Shown here piece after piece: positions 50,713-63,305 of a stretch of 64,000 bases of DNA (position 1 is its first letter; each line of letters starts with the position of its first letter). Made by a program: the position numbers and the translations under genes. The stretch is from Guillardia theta CCMP2712 (lineage: Eukaryota > Protista > Cryptophyta), in the NCBI RefSeq assembly GCF_000315625.1, contig NW_005434669.1, positions 345,238 through 409,237 on the forward strand, written 5' to 3'. The notes beneath the pieces were generated by a model. The model made no database searches. It was not told where the DNA came from and worked only from the letters and a program-made list of their open reading frames with translations.

Positions 50713-53494
50713 GGCAGCCTGTTGACCGCAAGTGGGTCGATGGATCAGTAGCAAGGGAGGGCCTGTCGGACGATCTTCTGGTCGCTAAGTCACTACCGCG
50801 AGCATCGCGACCCTCGTCGCCCGCGCGCTAGCTGCATTCCTCCACCTTTCCCCAGAAGCCGGAAAAGGGTTTTAAGGTACTAGGTTTTAAGGTACCAGAA
50901 GTAAAACTTTGAAAAACAGAATGGTCAAGTTAAAATTGCTTAAAAGAAATATTTTACAGCTCACGAAGTAAAAATACTTATATGGCTTCATCTATATATA
51001 TATATAAACATGATTTTGTACCAAGTTGTTCACCCACATATATTCCATAGTACGAATTTACATCATCAGCCCTATAGGTAATTATACAGATTTGTACATT
51101 AAAACCTTGCTTCCCCGGAAATGGCGGCCCGGGAAGTGTCCGTGCGTTGCGCCTTCTTGTCCTGATCCTCCTGCCCCCCCCTCCCATCCCTGCTGCTCCC
51201 TCTCACACTGTTTCATCTCTGACCTGAACTCACCTATCTACCTCTCTGTCTCTCACCTTTCCCCTCGCCTTCCCCTTCGTCAAACTCCTGCGATATCCCT
51301 CCCTGCCCTTGACTCTTTCTGTCTTCGCCAGTGTTGATCTGTCCTACCGTTATCCCTCAGCTCTTCCTCGACGCCCTTTACTTTGAGCTTCCTGAGCCGT
51401 CTTCTCCTCTGCTTGCTTCCTGTTCCCTGAGGACATATTGCTCCATTAGTTTTCGCGCTGCTGCCCTGAGCAGGGTTGAACGGCCCCCAACTTCTTGTTA
51501 TGGAGGAGCAAGGGGCCCAAGAAGAGATTCAGAACAACCCCAAAGATGATCCGATCAAGCGGTTCCATGCGCAGAGTGCTGCGACGTTTGCATCTACTTT
51601 CTTCAAGAGCCTCTCGATCCGGAAAGGAGATTTTCTCAGGCACCTCGAGAGCACAGCCATCTCTCGCGACATGTGCAGGCACATTCCCCTCGTCATGTTC
51701 ACCTGCATCGCCTTCTTCTTGTCTGTCCTCAACCACGTCGACGTGCAGCGCATGAGCCTGGTGGAGAAGTCAGTGGAGCACGTCTTTCTCTTCTCCGCCA
51801 GGAACGACGCGGCTATCTCTCACTTTCAAGACATACATACAGTCTACGAGTTCTGGAAATGGTTCGAGTACGTCTTCCTCGATGTTGCATTTGTGCAAAA
51901 AGATGCAGCGGGCAGGAACCTTGCCAAGAGCGAGTGGGGCAGGCTGATGCAGTACAACAAGATCCTCGGCAGCATCCGGCTCGAGCAGCGACGCGCCCGG
52001 CCCGTCGAGTGTCAGATCCACCTCCTCGACGCCTTCTATGGCTCTATGTGCCACCCCGCCGGCAAGGAGGCTGACCGCGCTCCCTTCGGCGTGCAGCTCT
52101 GCCCCCCGCTGGACTACGTGCCGTCGTCCGGCCCGGCCCAAGGAGGCGAGTGTCTAGGAGGGGAGGAGTACAGCAAGGCTATCGACTTCTCGCAGTCTGC
52201 CTCCTACTCGCAGGGCTTCACGGCAGAGGAGGGGAAGGATGTGTACCGTTTCTGGCTGGACCCGGAGAGGGATCAGGAGGAGATCGCGAAGCAGGTCAAG
52301 TACCTCGAGGCGAGGCACTGGATCGACCGGCAGACGGAGCACGTGCGGATCGTCGTCACCCTGTACAACGGGGAGCTGAGCATCTTCACGCAGTGCTCGT
52401 TGAAGCTGAAGCTGGAGCGAGGAGGCTACGTGAAGAACGAGTTCGAGATCGGCTCCGTCATCCTCGACCCGTACACGCTCCACCCCGCGAGCTCGTACGG
52501 GTGGGACGCAGCGTGGTACGTGTGTCTGCTGGCGATGATGGTGGACAAGGGGATGCGTATGAGGAAGAGGATAGCCAAGAGGGAGGTGGGAGTGTGGGAC
52601 GTGATCTCGGGGGGCACGATCGTGCTGTCGGTGTTCCTGAGCTTCTGGTGGCACTTGGGGCTGCTCAAGGAGACGACGGCGATCAGCGAGGAGATCGCGA
52701 AGAGCTTCAAGGAGCATGAGGCAGAGGTCCAGGTAAGGGAGAGGAGGAGGAGAGAGGGGGAGGCTGTCGGCTGACGGGATCGGGGCAGGATCGGATACAG
52801 GAGGTGATCTACCACCTGGGGACGTACAGGATCCTGTGCTCGGTCAACCTGATTCTCATCATGATCCACTTCCTGGAGGTGATCCGCGCTCAGCCGCGCC
52901 TGGCCATCATCGTGGAGACCTTCCTTGCGGCGTCCAACGACATTGTGCACTTTCTGATCGTGTTTGTGATGATCGAGCTGGGGTTCGCGAGCATCGGGAC
53001 GCTGCTGTTCGGGCACCAGATCAAGGAGTTTGCGACGCTGTGGGACTCGCTGATGACTTGCTTCGAGCTGCTTGTGGCGGACCTGAGCGTCTGGAGCGAG
53101 CTGAAGGCGTTCGACGAGACGACCAAGAGCATGGGCTTCGCGTGGGTCTGCACCTACATCTGCGTCGTCTCCCTCATCATCCTCAACATGCTGCTCGCCA
53201 TCGTCATGGACAGCTACGCGAGCCGGCAGGAGCTAGTGGAGAAGCACGGGAGCGAGGACCTGATCCATCAGGTGTACAACGAGGCGCAGGACGCGTGGGA
53301 GCGGCTGCAAGGACGGTCGACCCTCAAGGATCTACTGCAGGCGCTGAAAGAGGCGGAGAAGGAGGGAAGCTACTGGGACTTGAAGGAGGAGCTGACGGCA
53401 GAGGACATGGTGGAGCTGATGATCAAGTCGAAGCGGAGGAGGGGGAGCCGGCGGGGGAGCTGGATTCAGCAGGTGACTCCGTTGGAGCCGGAGG
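48529..53494. repeat. Large inverted repeat: arms ~48529-50383 and ~51640-53494, 1256-bp spacer
   Basis: Homologous positions sum to 102023 at the inner edge, the intron donor and the outer edge, i.e. no net indel. Confidence 0.95.
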
Positions 53495-53595
53495 AAGGAC
53501 AAGAGATGAAGAAAGAAGACAAACAGCACGTCAAGGTCGCGATCGAACGAGCTCTTCGCCGCTTCATGGATTCGAATGGAAAGGCGAAGCATTGA
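51500..53595 (+). CDS. Polycystin-2/TRPP-like cation channel, copy B
   Basis: Same motifs as copy A; intron 52733-52800 (GTAAGG...CTGAC...CAG). Confidence 0.92.
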
Positions 53596-53757
53596 CGCTG
53601 AGGTTGATACAAAGATGCTTGCGTGGTCAAAGCAGGCCTTTGCGGCTTCCTTTCATGGTTGCCCCTGTGAAAGGAAGGATAGACTATGTACAAGTTTTGG
53701 CAGCTGCGACTCAAAATTTTGATTGTGGTCGATCAGTCTGTGTATGCTAATGTGACA

Positions 53758-56700
53758 TCATCTCCTATTCAAGGAGCGGGCAAAATGATGATTGAAGTCA
53801 AGACGAATCAGCAAGTCCTGTAACACAGTCAATGCATTGTTGTCCACACTCTCCGCACTTCACCTGCAAGTGAGCTTGTTTGCTCCTTCCCTTCTGAAGC
53901 ATGAGATATATGACCTTGTGCTGCAAGCATCATCGTTACCTTCGTCGCTATTACCACAACTTCCCTCTCCACCACTCTAACCGTTACAAACATCATCGTC
54001 TTCTCCATCATTATCGATGTCAGCATTCTCATCACCAGTCCTCATCTCATCTCCACACAACTTCTCTGATCTCACCAGAAACCCGGTACTGTTCTCGAAG
54101 CTCGATTGAATTTTCTTCACCTGTTGTGCAAACTTGTCACTTCCCCCTCCAAGCTCAGACAAGAGAATCCTCGACCTCATCCAGAAAGTCATGCAGAGGA
54201 CCTGAAGGATGCTCTGCAAATCTATCCACTGCTCGACTGAAGTCAATGACGGAGGACAAAGCTGCACGAACGATCTCCAACACTGACGATGTGCGCTCGC
54301 TAACGCTCATCAGAGTCGCCACAAGAAGCAGAAAAAGATCAAACCTGAGCAAAGCTCTGTCTGTCACCGCTGCTAGATAAGTGTCATGCTTCTCTCTCAG
54401 GTCCTGCAGATCTTGCATCTTCTCGCTTTCCCGCAGACCCTGCTTGCCTCATGAGAGGAATGGAAAGAAGGGGAAGAGGCAGGAAAGAGCAGGGGAGGAG
54501 CGACGAACAAGGTAACAGCAGATGGAGGGCCAAGACAAGAGGGAGGGAAGGAGCAGGACAGAGGAATGACGCATGGTGCATGACCTGAAGCAACTCCTTC
54601 CAACTCGTGTGCATCATCTGAGATTGCAGGTATCCCTTGCAAGACCGTCAGACTCTCGTCACAACCGACATCAACCCTCGCCTGCATGATGGTAACGTAG
54701 TGCAGCATCTGGTGCCGGAGCGCGTGGCAGGTCGTGTGGGCGTGCGGGTGATGTTTGGAGTGCAAATTCTGAAAGGATTGTAAAAGTGTGAATTTCTAAG
54801 TGACGGCACAACACCTTCAATTGCTTCCAAGCAGTCGACAAGCAGTCAAGCGCTCTGCCCACATGTCTGTTAGTAGAGGTTGCGAGGGAAGTGCACTGAC
54901 CTTCGGATCTCAAGTACCAACCCAAGGACCCTCTGGTACTTCATCAAGCTCTCTCGGTGTATGATGATGCTTAGCGGCCATTCCACCTGCTCCACATCAG
55001 GGGAAGTTGAGCCTCTACCGCCTGCTCAGGACCTCATACGAAAGATAGAGGAAAGACTGCGAGTGCTTGTCGTCCTGCAGCTGTTGGTGCAACGACAGTC
55101 TGCGTGAGAACGGGTCTGAGTCCAAACGACTCTCAACCAGCGCCTGGACATGCGAGTAAGAACGAAAGCACGAGCGGTAAGACAGAGTTGAGAGGGGAAC
55201 ACAACAGAGAGGAGAGAGAACAGGGAAGATGGAGGAACAACGATGAGGGAACGGGAGGAGGGGACAAGGGCAAGGTGACTGAGCTGCTCCTAACCTCTTT
55301 CAGGATGTGCTGCAAGCTCTGCAGGACAGTGCCGTAGACAAAACCATCCTGCGAGTAAACGCCTCGTGCCAGCCCTCGCGCCCACAGCCCGTCCTCGGCA
55401 AAGAAGTAGCGACGCAGCGCTCGAAGGTGTCGCTCCAACTCAAGGTCGTCCAGGAAAACCCGAACAATCTCTTTGCTGACTTGCTTGTACTGCAGGAGGA
55501 TGGGGTTAACAATACAGTGCTCGATCGCCACGGGGATAGGGGTGTTGTAGTCCCCCCCCTCCTCCTCTTCGAAGTTGAGGGGCTCTGCAGATCTCGTTCC
55601 GGACTCCAGCGAGTCCATGTCAACAGAGTTCGGCTCCCCTTCACCATCCTCTTGGTCATCTTCATCATCAGAAGAGTCCTCTTGCAAAGCCTCCAGCTCC
55701 ATCAGAGAGATCTGTGACTGATCGCCAGTAGAATCTTCCGTCTGTGGCCCTCCAAAGTCAATTCTCTTCCTTGCCGCCTGCTCTGATGCCTCGCGTGCGG
55801 AATCTGTCGCTGGTCCTGCAACTCTGCGGAAAGCAAGCTCTTCACAGAATTCTTCGGCGTCTCTTGCAACTGAGTGGACTCGGTCCAGCCATGGCGTTAT
55901 GCTCATCTCACCAGCAGTCGCTTCTTCTGTTGCGCTGGAATCCACCAGCTGATCTGGAAGAGATTTTGAAGCTTGTGCCTCTCGCATGCTCCCCTCCTCC
56001 TCCTCCTCCTTCCCCCCAACATCTTCGTTGGAAGATTTCCTTTCCGTCGGGAGATGCTCAGCAGTGGTGCGCACAGAGAGATCAACGTCTGGTGCAGCAG
56101 TCGATCCACGTTCATCCTTGCTCTCTTCACTTTTGCCTTCATGTCGACGCAAAAGTTGGTCCCTCAGCTTCATCATGTCATTGATCGCCAGCTCAATCCG
56201 CTTGTCTTGCAGTCTCTTCCTCCTCGCGCTCCATGTCGCATTCCTCTCCTCATCTCTCAGCCGCTCAACCCGCAAGGAGTACTCTTCGATAATGGCTTGC
56301 GCTGCTCTCTCCTTAAGTGCAGCTAGCTCCTCCACACTAGAAGCCCCGAAGCGATCGACCTGATTGACAGTCTTCTCCTCCTCCTCCTTCTCCAGGGCTT
56401 CGCTCTTCCTCGTCCTGGCTCTCCTCTCTTCTACCTGATCCCTCAACTCTGTCCTTTGCTGCTCCTTCTCACGTTGCGCAGCTTCGAGGACGAGTGCCTC
56501 CCGTTGCTCGATGGATCTGTAGGTGGACGCGAGCTCTTGAATCTTCCTTCGGAAACCTTGTCGAGCCAGTTCCGCTTGCTTTCTCAGCTTCTTCCTCTCT
56601 TTCTTAGCCTGTGCTATCGCCACCTTTTCAATCACGTCATGGAATCTCCGATGGTACTCTGTCAATCGCAGAACATCGCTCCAGTTGTAGAAGAGCTTCA

Positions 56701-58894
56701 TAGGCGGCCGGAAGGAAATCTTAGCCAGAGGATGAGAAGGCTTGCATTTCCTTAGGACACTGAGCCCCTGTACGGTCCGAAGAATTCTCTCCCTCATGGG
56801 CTTCAAGAAATCAGGACACTGATCTTCCGACTTGAGCTGGAATGCTTTGGAGTAATGATCCTCGCTGCCTTGTGGAACCGACCGATCGTGGATCAGGAGG
56901 AATTCTCCCCCTTCCTCAGGGACTTCGGCAAAGAAGAGCTGTTGTAAAACAGTCAACACGCCAGGGAAGGAGTCGTGGAAAGGAGCGAACTTACGCATCT
57001 CGAGAGGGTCTCTAAGTAGGGGTGCATTGTGTGGCACAGGCATTTCTTCAACACGCTGTCACCGGCATCGTCTTCTATCAGCGTGTAGAGTCTGTTGAGA
57101 AGGAGCTGAGATCTTTTCAATCCTTTGGCGCTGGCGTGGGCTCTCTGTACATCGGAACAAACAAATTGCAACAAACGCAGTTGCTGTCGAAAGCGATCAG
57201 TATGACAGTAGATCTCCATCACTGTAGATTCTGTGTTGACTGCCATCCCGTGATGCTTTGCACTTGTGTCACTATTTTCCTTAAAATCTTCGTTTCCAAC
57301 TATCTGGTTCCCCAAAGCATCGAGCTCCACCCTGGATTTCTTGCTCCTCACCCTACGCCTCCGGATAGCTGCGCTCAAGTTTATCATCTTTTCTCTGTAG
57401 AATCGCAAATATTCCGAGAGAACACCGCAGAAGGAATTGACAACCTGTCCATGCAGTCAGGACCATCTGAACAAGAAAATCAAAAGCTGAAATCAAGGCC
57501 GACCTTCTCGTTAGTTGAAAGGTGTCTCGAAATGAACTGTTCGATCATGACGACGTGTGCTCCCGCATCGCACATCTCACCCAGCAGAGATGTAGTCTGA
57601 GTCACTGACCTTCCTTTCAACCGACAAGGTTTCCTCAAGCAGAAAGTACAACTCTCCTTGTCTCCTTTGAAAACTGCACTGGCAAATCCAAAGGCAAGAT
57701 ACTTCAGATCTCGCAAGACTTGCTTATCATCTATCATATCTTCGGATGCAAACTGATCACTTCCATCAGGAAGATGATAGCGGCACAACGATTCATATTC
57801 TTTGATTGGCAACTGAGTTGCTGGGTTTTGCTGTCCCCACTTTGCATTCCGTACCATATCCTCCCAGTAGCAGTTTTTCTGTTCACTGAAATCGGAATTC
57901 AAGCCTTCAATACCATTCTTATTGTAGGAGGGTTGATGAACGTGCGTATCACCGGTGATCAGAATGCTTGTCTGGAGAGCCTTCAGTTTTTGAGAGGTCG
58001 AAACATCGACATCGAGGTATGGGCGAGAGCGCGATGTCATAACGCGGAGGAGGATGTCATAGGAGAACGGCTCGCTTGCATCTAAGGAAGGAAAATCCTT
58101 GTAACAATCAACATCATGGACCTCAAAATTTGGTGATCGCTGTTGTGCGACTTCATCGAAAGAGAAGTATTGTTGAAAATGGTGACTGAAAAGCTTGCTG
58201 TCCTGTTACTATGGTCAAAACTAACGCATCGTCCAATCAAATTTACCGAATCAAAAGTTTGCGGATGAATCATAGAGAACTCGGAGCATTCTAACGCAGG
58301 TATGACAGCAAGATCTTGTTCCTTGCGCATCTGTTGCGCCGGCATGTTTGAAGCGTGGTCGGTATTGCGGAGCATCAGCAGGACCATGGCAACATTCCAA
58401 ACGGACTCATCTCCGTTCAGAGACGCGACGTTACACTTCAGCTTCTCGAGAATCATTTTCAGCGCATTTTCTCTGTCCGTGTCCCCATGTTGGCGATGGG
58501 AGTATCCCAACATCTCCACGTTCTCTTCAACATAGGACGCACTCACATGGTCGCCCACTGGCCCGAACAACAAGACATCGTACGCTCTGGAGACAAGACG
58601 GGAAACTTCCTTCTCCCTCCTCTCCGAAAAGTTCTCACACAGCCTGGTGATGCTTTGATAGGGTGAAAAACCCCTCCCACTCCCCTCAGTCTCCCATACA
58701 CCTGGCATGCTCGGCATCAGCAACTTTCCCTTGAACCAGCAGGAAATTGTATCCTCTCGCTACGTTCCGCACTCTGTTCAACTTTGCCATTCAGTCGTTC
58801 TACGCATGTTGCCGTCCATGCTGCCGTCAACATATCGCAGCACCTGCCTCTCCCTACTGTCGTCGTCGTCCTCTTTCAACTTGTCTCCCGCCAT
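53758..58894 (-). CDS. GCP6: Gamma-tubulin complex component, GCP6-like
   Basis: VLRDLKYLAFGFASAVF; long charged insertion; PIPVAIEHCIVNPILLQYKQVS...LERHLRALRRYFF; DLREKHDTYL; terminal DLLIRLDFNHHF. Confidence 0.85.
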
Positions 58895-58899
58895 TTTGG

Positions 58900-59600
58900 G
58901 ACCCTTCGGAACAATTTGCCGATAGCCAAGCCCGCCCCGGGTTCGCTGTCCGACCGCCGGGCCGGGCCGGGCCGGGCCGGGCCCGGCGGCCGCCCGGCGG
59001 CGCCGGGTTAGCCTTGGGCCGAGTCAGGACCGGTGCCGGGCGGCTCACTGAGGTGATCGAGGGTATGGTTGACCATCTGGGGGGCAAAGGGCAACTCGAG
59101 TAGCGCCGGGCCACCCCTCAGTTGACTGTAAACTGATCGTTAGCCAATGTTGCACCTCGCCTCTCAGAAAGGTGGGTAGTAGCAGATGAGAAAGGGGGTG
59201 GGGGTGAAAGTGGATCAGGTTGGACGAGGCAACGCAGGTGGAAAGTTGACGAAGAGGGCCATGGGGGTAGGGTACATCAGCACCCACTAGGTCGATTCCT
59301 TCAATGGAAGGGGTACTTTTCCCTGAGTCAGGCACGGGTGGATGATCGGACAACCCTCGACTGTAGTGTAGGGGGTGACTGAGGGGCTGAACTAGGAGTG
59401 GAGGGGTCACTGAATTACGCATAAACTCACTGCCGAAGTTACTCATGGTAGGTAGGTGGGGGTTGACATCACGGGGAGGGGTTATGGGTCCTATAGCTCA
59501 CAGGACGGGGTAGACCGAGAGGTGTCGAATTGGCTTGTTGTGACTTCACGTGGTTGCGGTAGATCAGGGGTGGGTGAGTGCGAAACTGGGTAGGGAGAAG
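58900..59600. promoter_or_regulatory. Divergent intergenic region: (GCCGG)n island then GGGGT-rich tract
   Basis: GCCGGGCCGGGCCGGGCCGG at ~58960-58990; GGGGT/GGGT-rich 59050-59600. Confidence 0.45.
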
Positions 59601-59957
59601 GAGGCGCCAATGGGATAGAAGGTGGAGAAGGAAGGCGGGAGAGCAAGAGGAATGGCGGAGGGAGCACAGACAGGATTGTCCAGGCTGGGGAGGAATGGAG
59701 GAGACGCTCAGAAGAGAAGATGCTCCTTCCCCAGGAACAAGAGATAGGATGAAAGTGAAGAAGGTTGGACAAGGACAAAGCAAGAATACTTGTTCAAAAT
59801 GTCGATGAAGAAAAACTAGACATGGGAAGAAGAGAGTCTCCAAGAGTTAGGTTATAGGTCGACAGGGTTATGGAATCGTGGGGGAATGCAGCATAGTGCA
59901 AATGGAATGAATTCCTTGTTCATTGACCTCTGAAACAAACGAATTCATGTAACGTTC

Positions 59958-61030
59958 ATGGCAGATTTCCATTCAAATACCGGTTCTGGGGATTCAAACA
60001 GCTCGAATTTCATGAAGGAAGAAAAGAGCGCGATCGAATTGCCAAGCAACAACGATGAATTCTACGGGATAGGGTTAAAGGTGGACGTGGAGAAGATTGG
60101 TGAATTAGAAAATTTTATCGTAAGAGGATTCGTGGAAGGATGCGAAAGCAAGGATTCGGAAAGCTTAGAGGTACACTCGTGTGAGCTTCATGCTCATGAT
60201 TGAAACTTTCTGCGAGCAGTCAGGAGATGTAATCAAGAAGATCGACGGGCATTGCGTTGGGGACAAGACTCTTGCGCAGGTCCTCTGCATGGTTCTGGGA
60301 CCTTGCGGCACCACCGTGACCCTCACGGTATTCGTGACTGCATTAGAGGAAGGTCTTGCTGACTTTGCTTTGTGCAAGGTTGAAAAGAAAAGCTACCAGC
60401 ACACTTTGGTTCCTGCTCAGTTCAGTTTCCTCCCATTCCACGAACAAACAATGACGTGTCGAGACGTCATCTTCAAGCATGGGTTGGCATTCTGGACTGA
60501 CCGTTCCAAACGCGACAAGTGTGATGGAATCAAAGTATTCGGTGGAGGACAACTGCCCGAGGGTTTCGAGCACCTGGAAGTGCTTCGGACATCCGTTCCT
60601 TACAACACTGTAACATTTTGGTAAGCCTAGTAAGGACGTTTGCTCAGATTGAAGTTTTGGGGAAGGAGGCTAACGAAAGTTTACAGCACTCGGAATGTGA
60701 TCTTGACACGTAAATACAAAATGCCTCCGAGCTCCCTCAAGTTGGTGAGTCGCATGGTTGTCTCGTTAACGTTTTTGACGGCAAGTTCAGCTAAAGGAAC
60801 TGGTTGGTGAAATTCCAGATTTTCGTGAGAGGCAGAGAAAACTTCGAGCACGCAGCCTAAACACGAGGAAAAAAGAGGACGTCACTCATCATTTTGTCAA
60901 GAATGATTGTCAAAACTTGATAGAATTGAGGCCAGCAAAATACATTGGTGAATGTGGTAAGATATTGATTGTATGGGTGTGCCGCTCACAGAATTGTTTG
61001 AATCAGAATGACATCACTGCAACTTCTTGA
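59958..61030 (+). CDS. PDZ-domain protein
   Basis: FYGIGLKV...IVRGFVEG...SGDVIKKIDGHCV...VLGPCGTTVTLT across intron ~60171-60219. Confidence 0.7.
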
Positions 61031-61080
61031 GCCTGAATAGCAAAGTACTCTTGTAATTTAGCATGTCTTTCCGTCTTCTG

Positions 61081-62934
61081 TTACTTTGTTTCGTTGGATG
61101 TTGCGAGACATTCGCCATCTTCTAATGAGTTTCGGCTGGTAAAATGTTGGGGAGCATCCTCGTAGATCATTTCCCAGGGTTTGTCAACCTTGTTTCCATT
61201 GCTTGTCATGAGGCGGACAGAGCCGGAAAAAAATGGGATCGTTACCTGGAGGCGCCGGAGAGATTCATTTCCTGCAAGCTGCGGGGCGGAGAGTCAGTCA
61301 CACCAGCAGCACAAGGGAATCTTCAGAAACTTTGAGAAATGCGACATGTTGTACAATATCCATCGCCTACCCTCAAAAGTTTAGCACAAGTTGGAGTTTC
61401 CATTCATTCAGACTCACCGAACGTATGAGCAAGCTTCTCTCTTTCACAAACCTTGAATTCACGTCAATCACTAGATCCTCCCGCCGCAACTGAATCTTGC
61501 TCACCACGTCGGCCACTTGTGGCCATGGTAGAAAGAGGGCCCGCTGTTGATGTCAAGCACGAAGGGGTTGAGGTCTTGGTCGATCGCGATGTCGTAGGCG
61601 ATGATGGCGAAGGCCCACCTGAAAGTGAACCTGTCAAGAAAGCAGGCGGAGGGAAGTAGAGACCTGTTGTAATACTGCGACTGCAGAAACAACCCTTTCA
61701 TCGCAAAGAAAACACTAAGAACAGCTCTCCGAATGTTTCGATTGAGTCTCGCCCAAAGTTTCTTTCCTTCCTCGGGCCCCCATTGTTGGAATAGTTCTTT
61801 GCGGAGGGTATCGAACGGCCGGATGACTCGACTGGTGTCGTTGGTGTGAGACGTTCCAAACCTCGGGTTTGTGATGTGCCTTGCTAGCAGCCTGTCCTTC
61901 TCAGGGTCGATCTTCACACCGGACAACCAATCACCTGCCTCCATCTTTAGATCATCCTTGACACTGGCTGTGAAGTTGATAGCGGAGAAACGAAGGTGGC
62001 CAGAATGAAACAGGACCAACGTCGGTTGGAAGGATGCAATCAAGATATACACTCTGCAATCAAACTTCTTGTTGTCGATCGTCCACAGCCTGCTCACTGA
62101 GAGGCTTGCTACGGTTCCCGGCCGAGGGCAGAGGTTCTTGTTTTCCCTCGCTAGCTGATCGATCTGATACCTCGTTCTGAGATGAATGTGCCGGCCTGTA
62201 GAGCCGTTTGAAGCCTTCAAGAACCACAAATCGCTGTCGTTTCTGGCGAACAAGTCATTCCTGTACAAGAAGCGCTGGCAATTACGCGAATCGTTCAGAT
62301 CTAACGTGACAGGATAGGATTGGAACGGCCTGCAGTTGTATTTCTCCTCATATTGCTGCATGCGTTCCAAGAATGTGACCTTGTTGTCTATTCCTGCCCC
62401 TAACCGTGAGATCATCAACCCAAGTTTGCCTCCGGTTGCTCTTGACCACATCACGTTCGCATACCACAGGAAGCACAGAGTTCGCTGGTTCAGGTTCCGG
62501 CGCGATGAGAGTTCGCCGGGAAAGAGCAACTCCAATGGAGGTCTTGTTGCATTCTTGGTCTCATACCCGCAAAGATTTCTCAGACGAAGTGCGCAGTTCG
62601 TGCAGATAGAACCGTCCATATAGTGGTAGTTCCCTGCTGTGAGGCCCAGTTTCGGCATTATGCCCATGGAACGAAAGCGCTGGAGAGCCATTCTGCTCTG
62701 ATTCAGAACTTGAGTATCATGTTCATAGTACAGATTTTGAAATGGCGTGGCTACCTGCTGAGAGAGGCTTCCTAACATTGTGGTGTAGACTGCTATCAGA
62801 ACAAGGATCATTGAAACAAACCTCAGCAGAGCTGAGTAAAGCTCTTGCCCCTCCCCTCCCCTCCAAGCTCTGCCGGCAAGTGACAGAGGAGAAGGCAGAG
62901 CCTCACTCTCATGGTTCCTAACACGTCGTTTCAT
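61081..62934 (-). CDS. Tubulin-tyrosine-ligase-like ATP-grasp protein with N-terminal membrane anchor
   Basis: WFLKASNGSTGRHIHL, KKFDCRVYILIAS, HITN, AYDIAIDQDLNPFVLDINSGPS, terminal WEMIYED. Confidence 0.8.
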
Positions 62935-63198
62935 CGCTGCCTCACAAAATGTTGCCCTTCAGTTAGACATTAATTTTCATTGTGCGGGCATTCGCAACAT
63001 GCACGAAGGAGGAAAGCCTCTACAGCATTCGAGGAGAAAGGGAGCACATCCATGAAGCGTCAACCTCCTTATGGCCATGCACAGGCCGCTCCTGTCTCCT
63101 CGCCAAGTGTTCCTGCATGCTGTCCTCCACAGCCTTGTTCGCCATCTCTGTGACGACGCCAGTCGGGGAGGGAACCACGGATGATGGCGGACCGTAAT

Positions 63199-63217
63199 AA
63201 AAAAGCAGATTGAAAAA
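63199..63217 (-). terminator. Pol III oligo-T terminators
   Basis: T5 and T6 runs just 3' of the tRNA on the minus strand. Confidence 0.75.
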
Positions 63218-63223
63218 GAAGAT

Positions 63224-63305
63224 CGCAATCGGCAGGACTCGAACCTGCGCGGGGAGACCCCAAAGGATTTCTAGTCCTTCGCCTTAACCGCTCGGCCACG
63301 ATTGC
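63224..63305 (-). tRNA. tRNA-Ser (AGA), 82 nt
   Basis: GCAATCGTGGCCGAGCGGTTAAGGCG-AAGGA CT AGA AA TCCTT-long variable arm-GCAGGTTCGAGTCCTGC-CGATTGCG; acceptor, anticodon and T stems pair fully. Confidence 0.97.

Noticed and set aside
48529-53494. Transposon with long terminal inverted repeats
   Set aside because: The arms are PKD2 coding sequence, and the spacer has no transposase.
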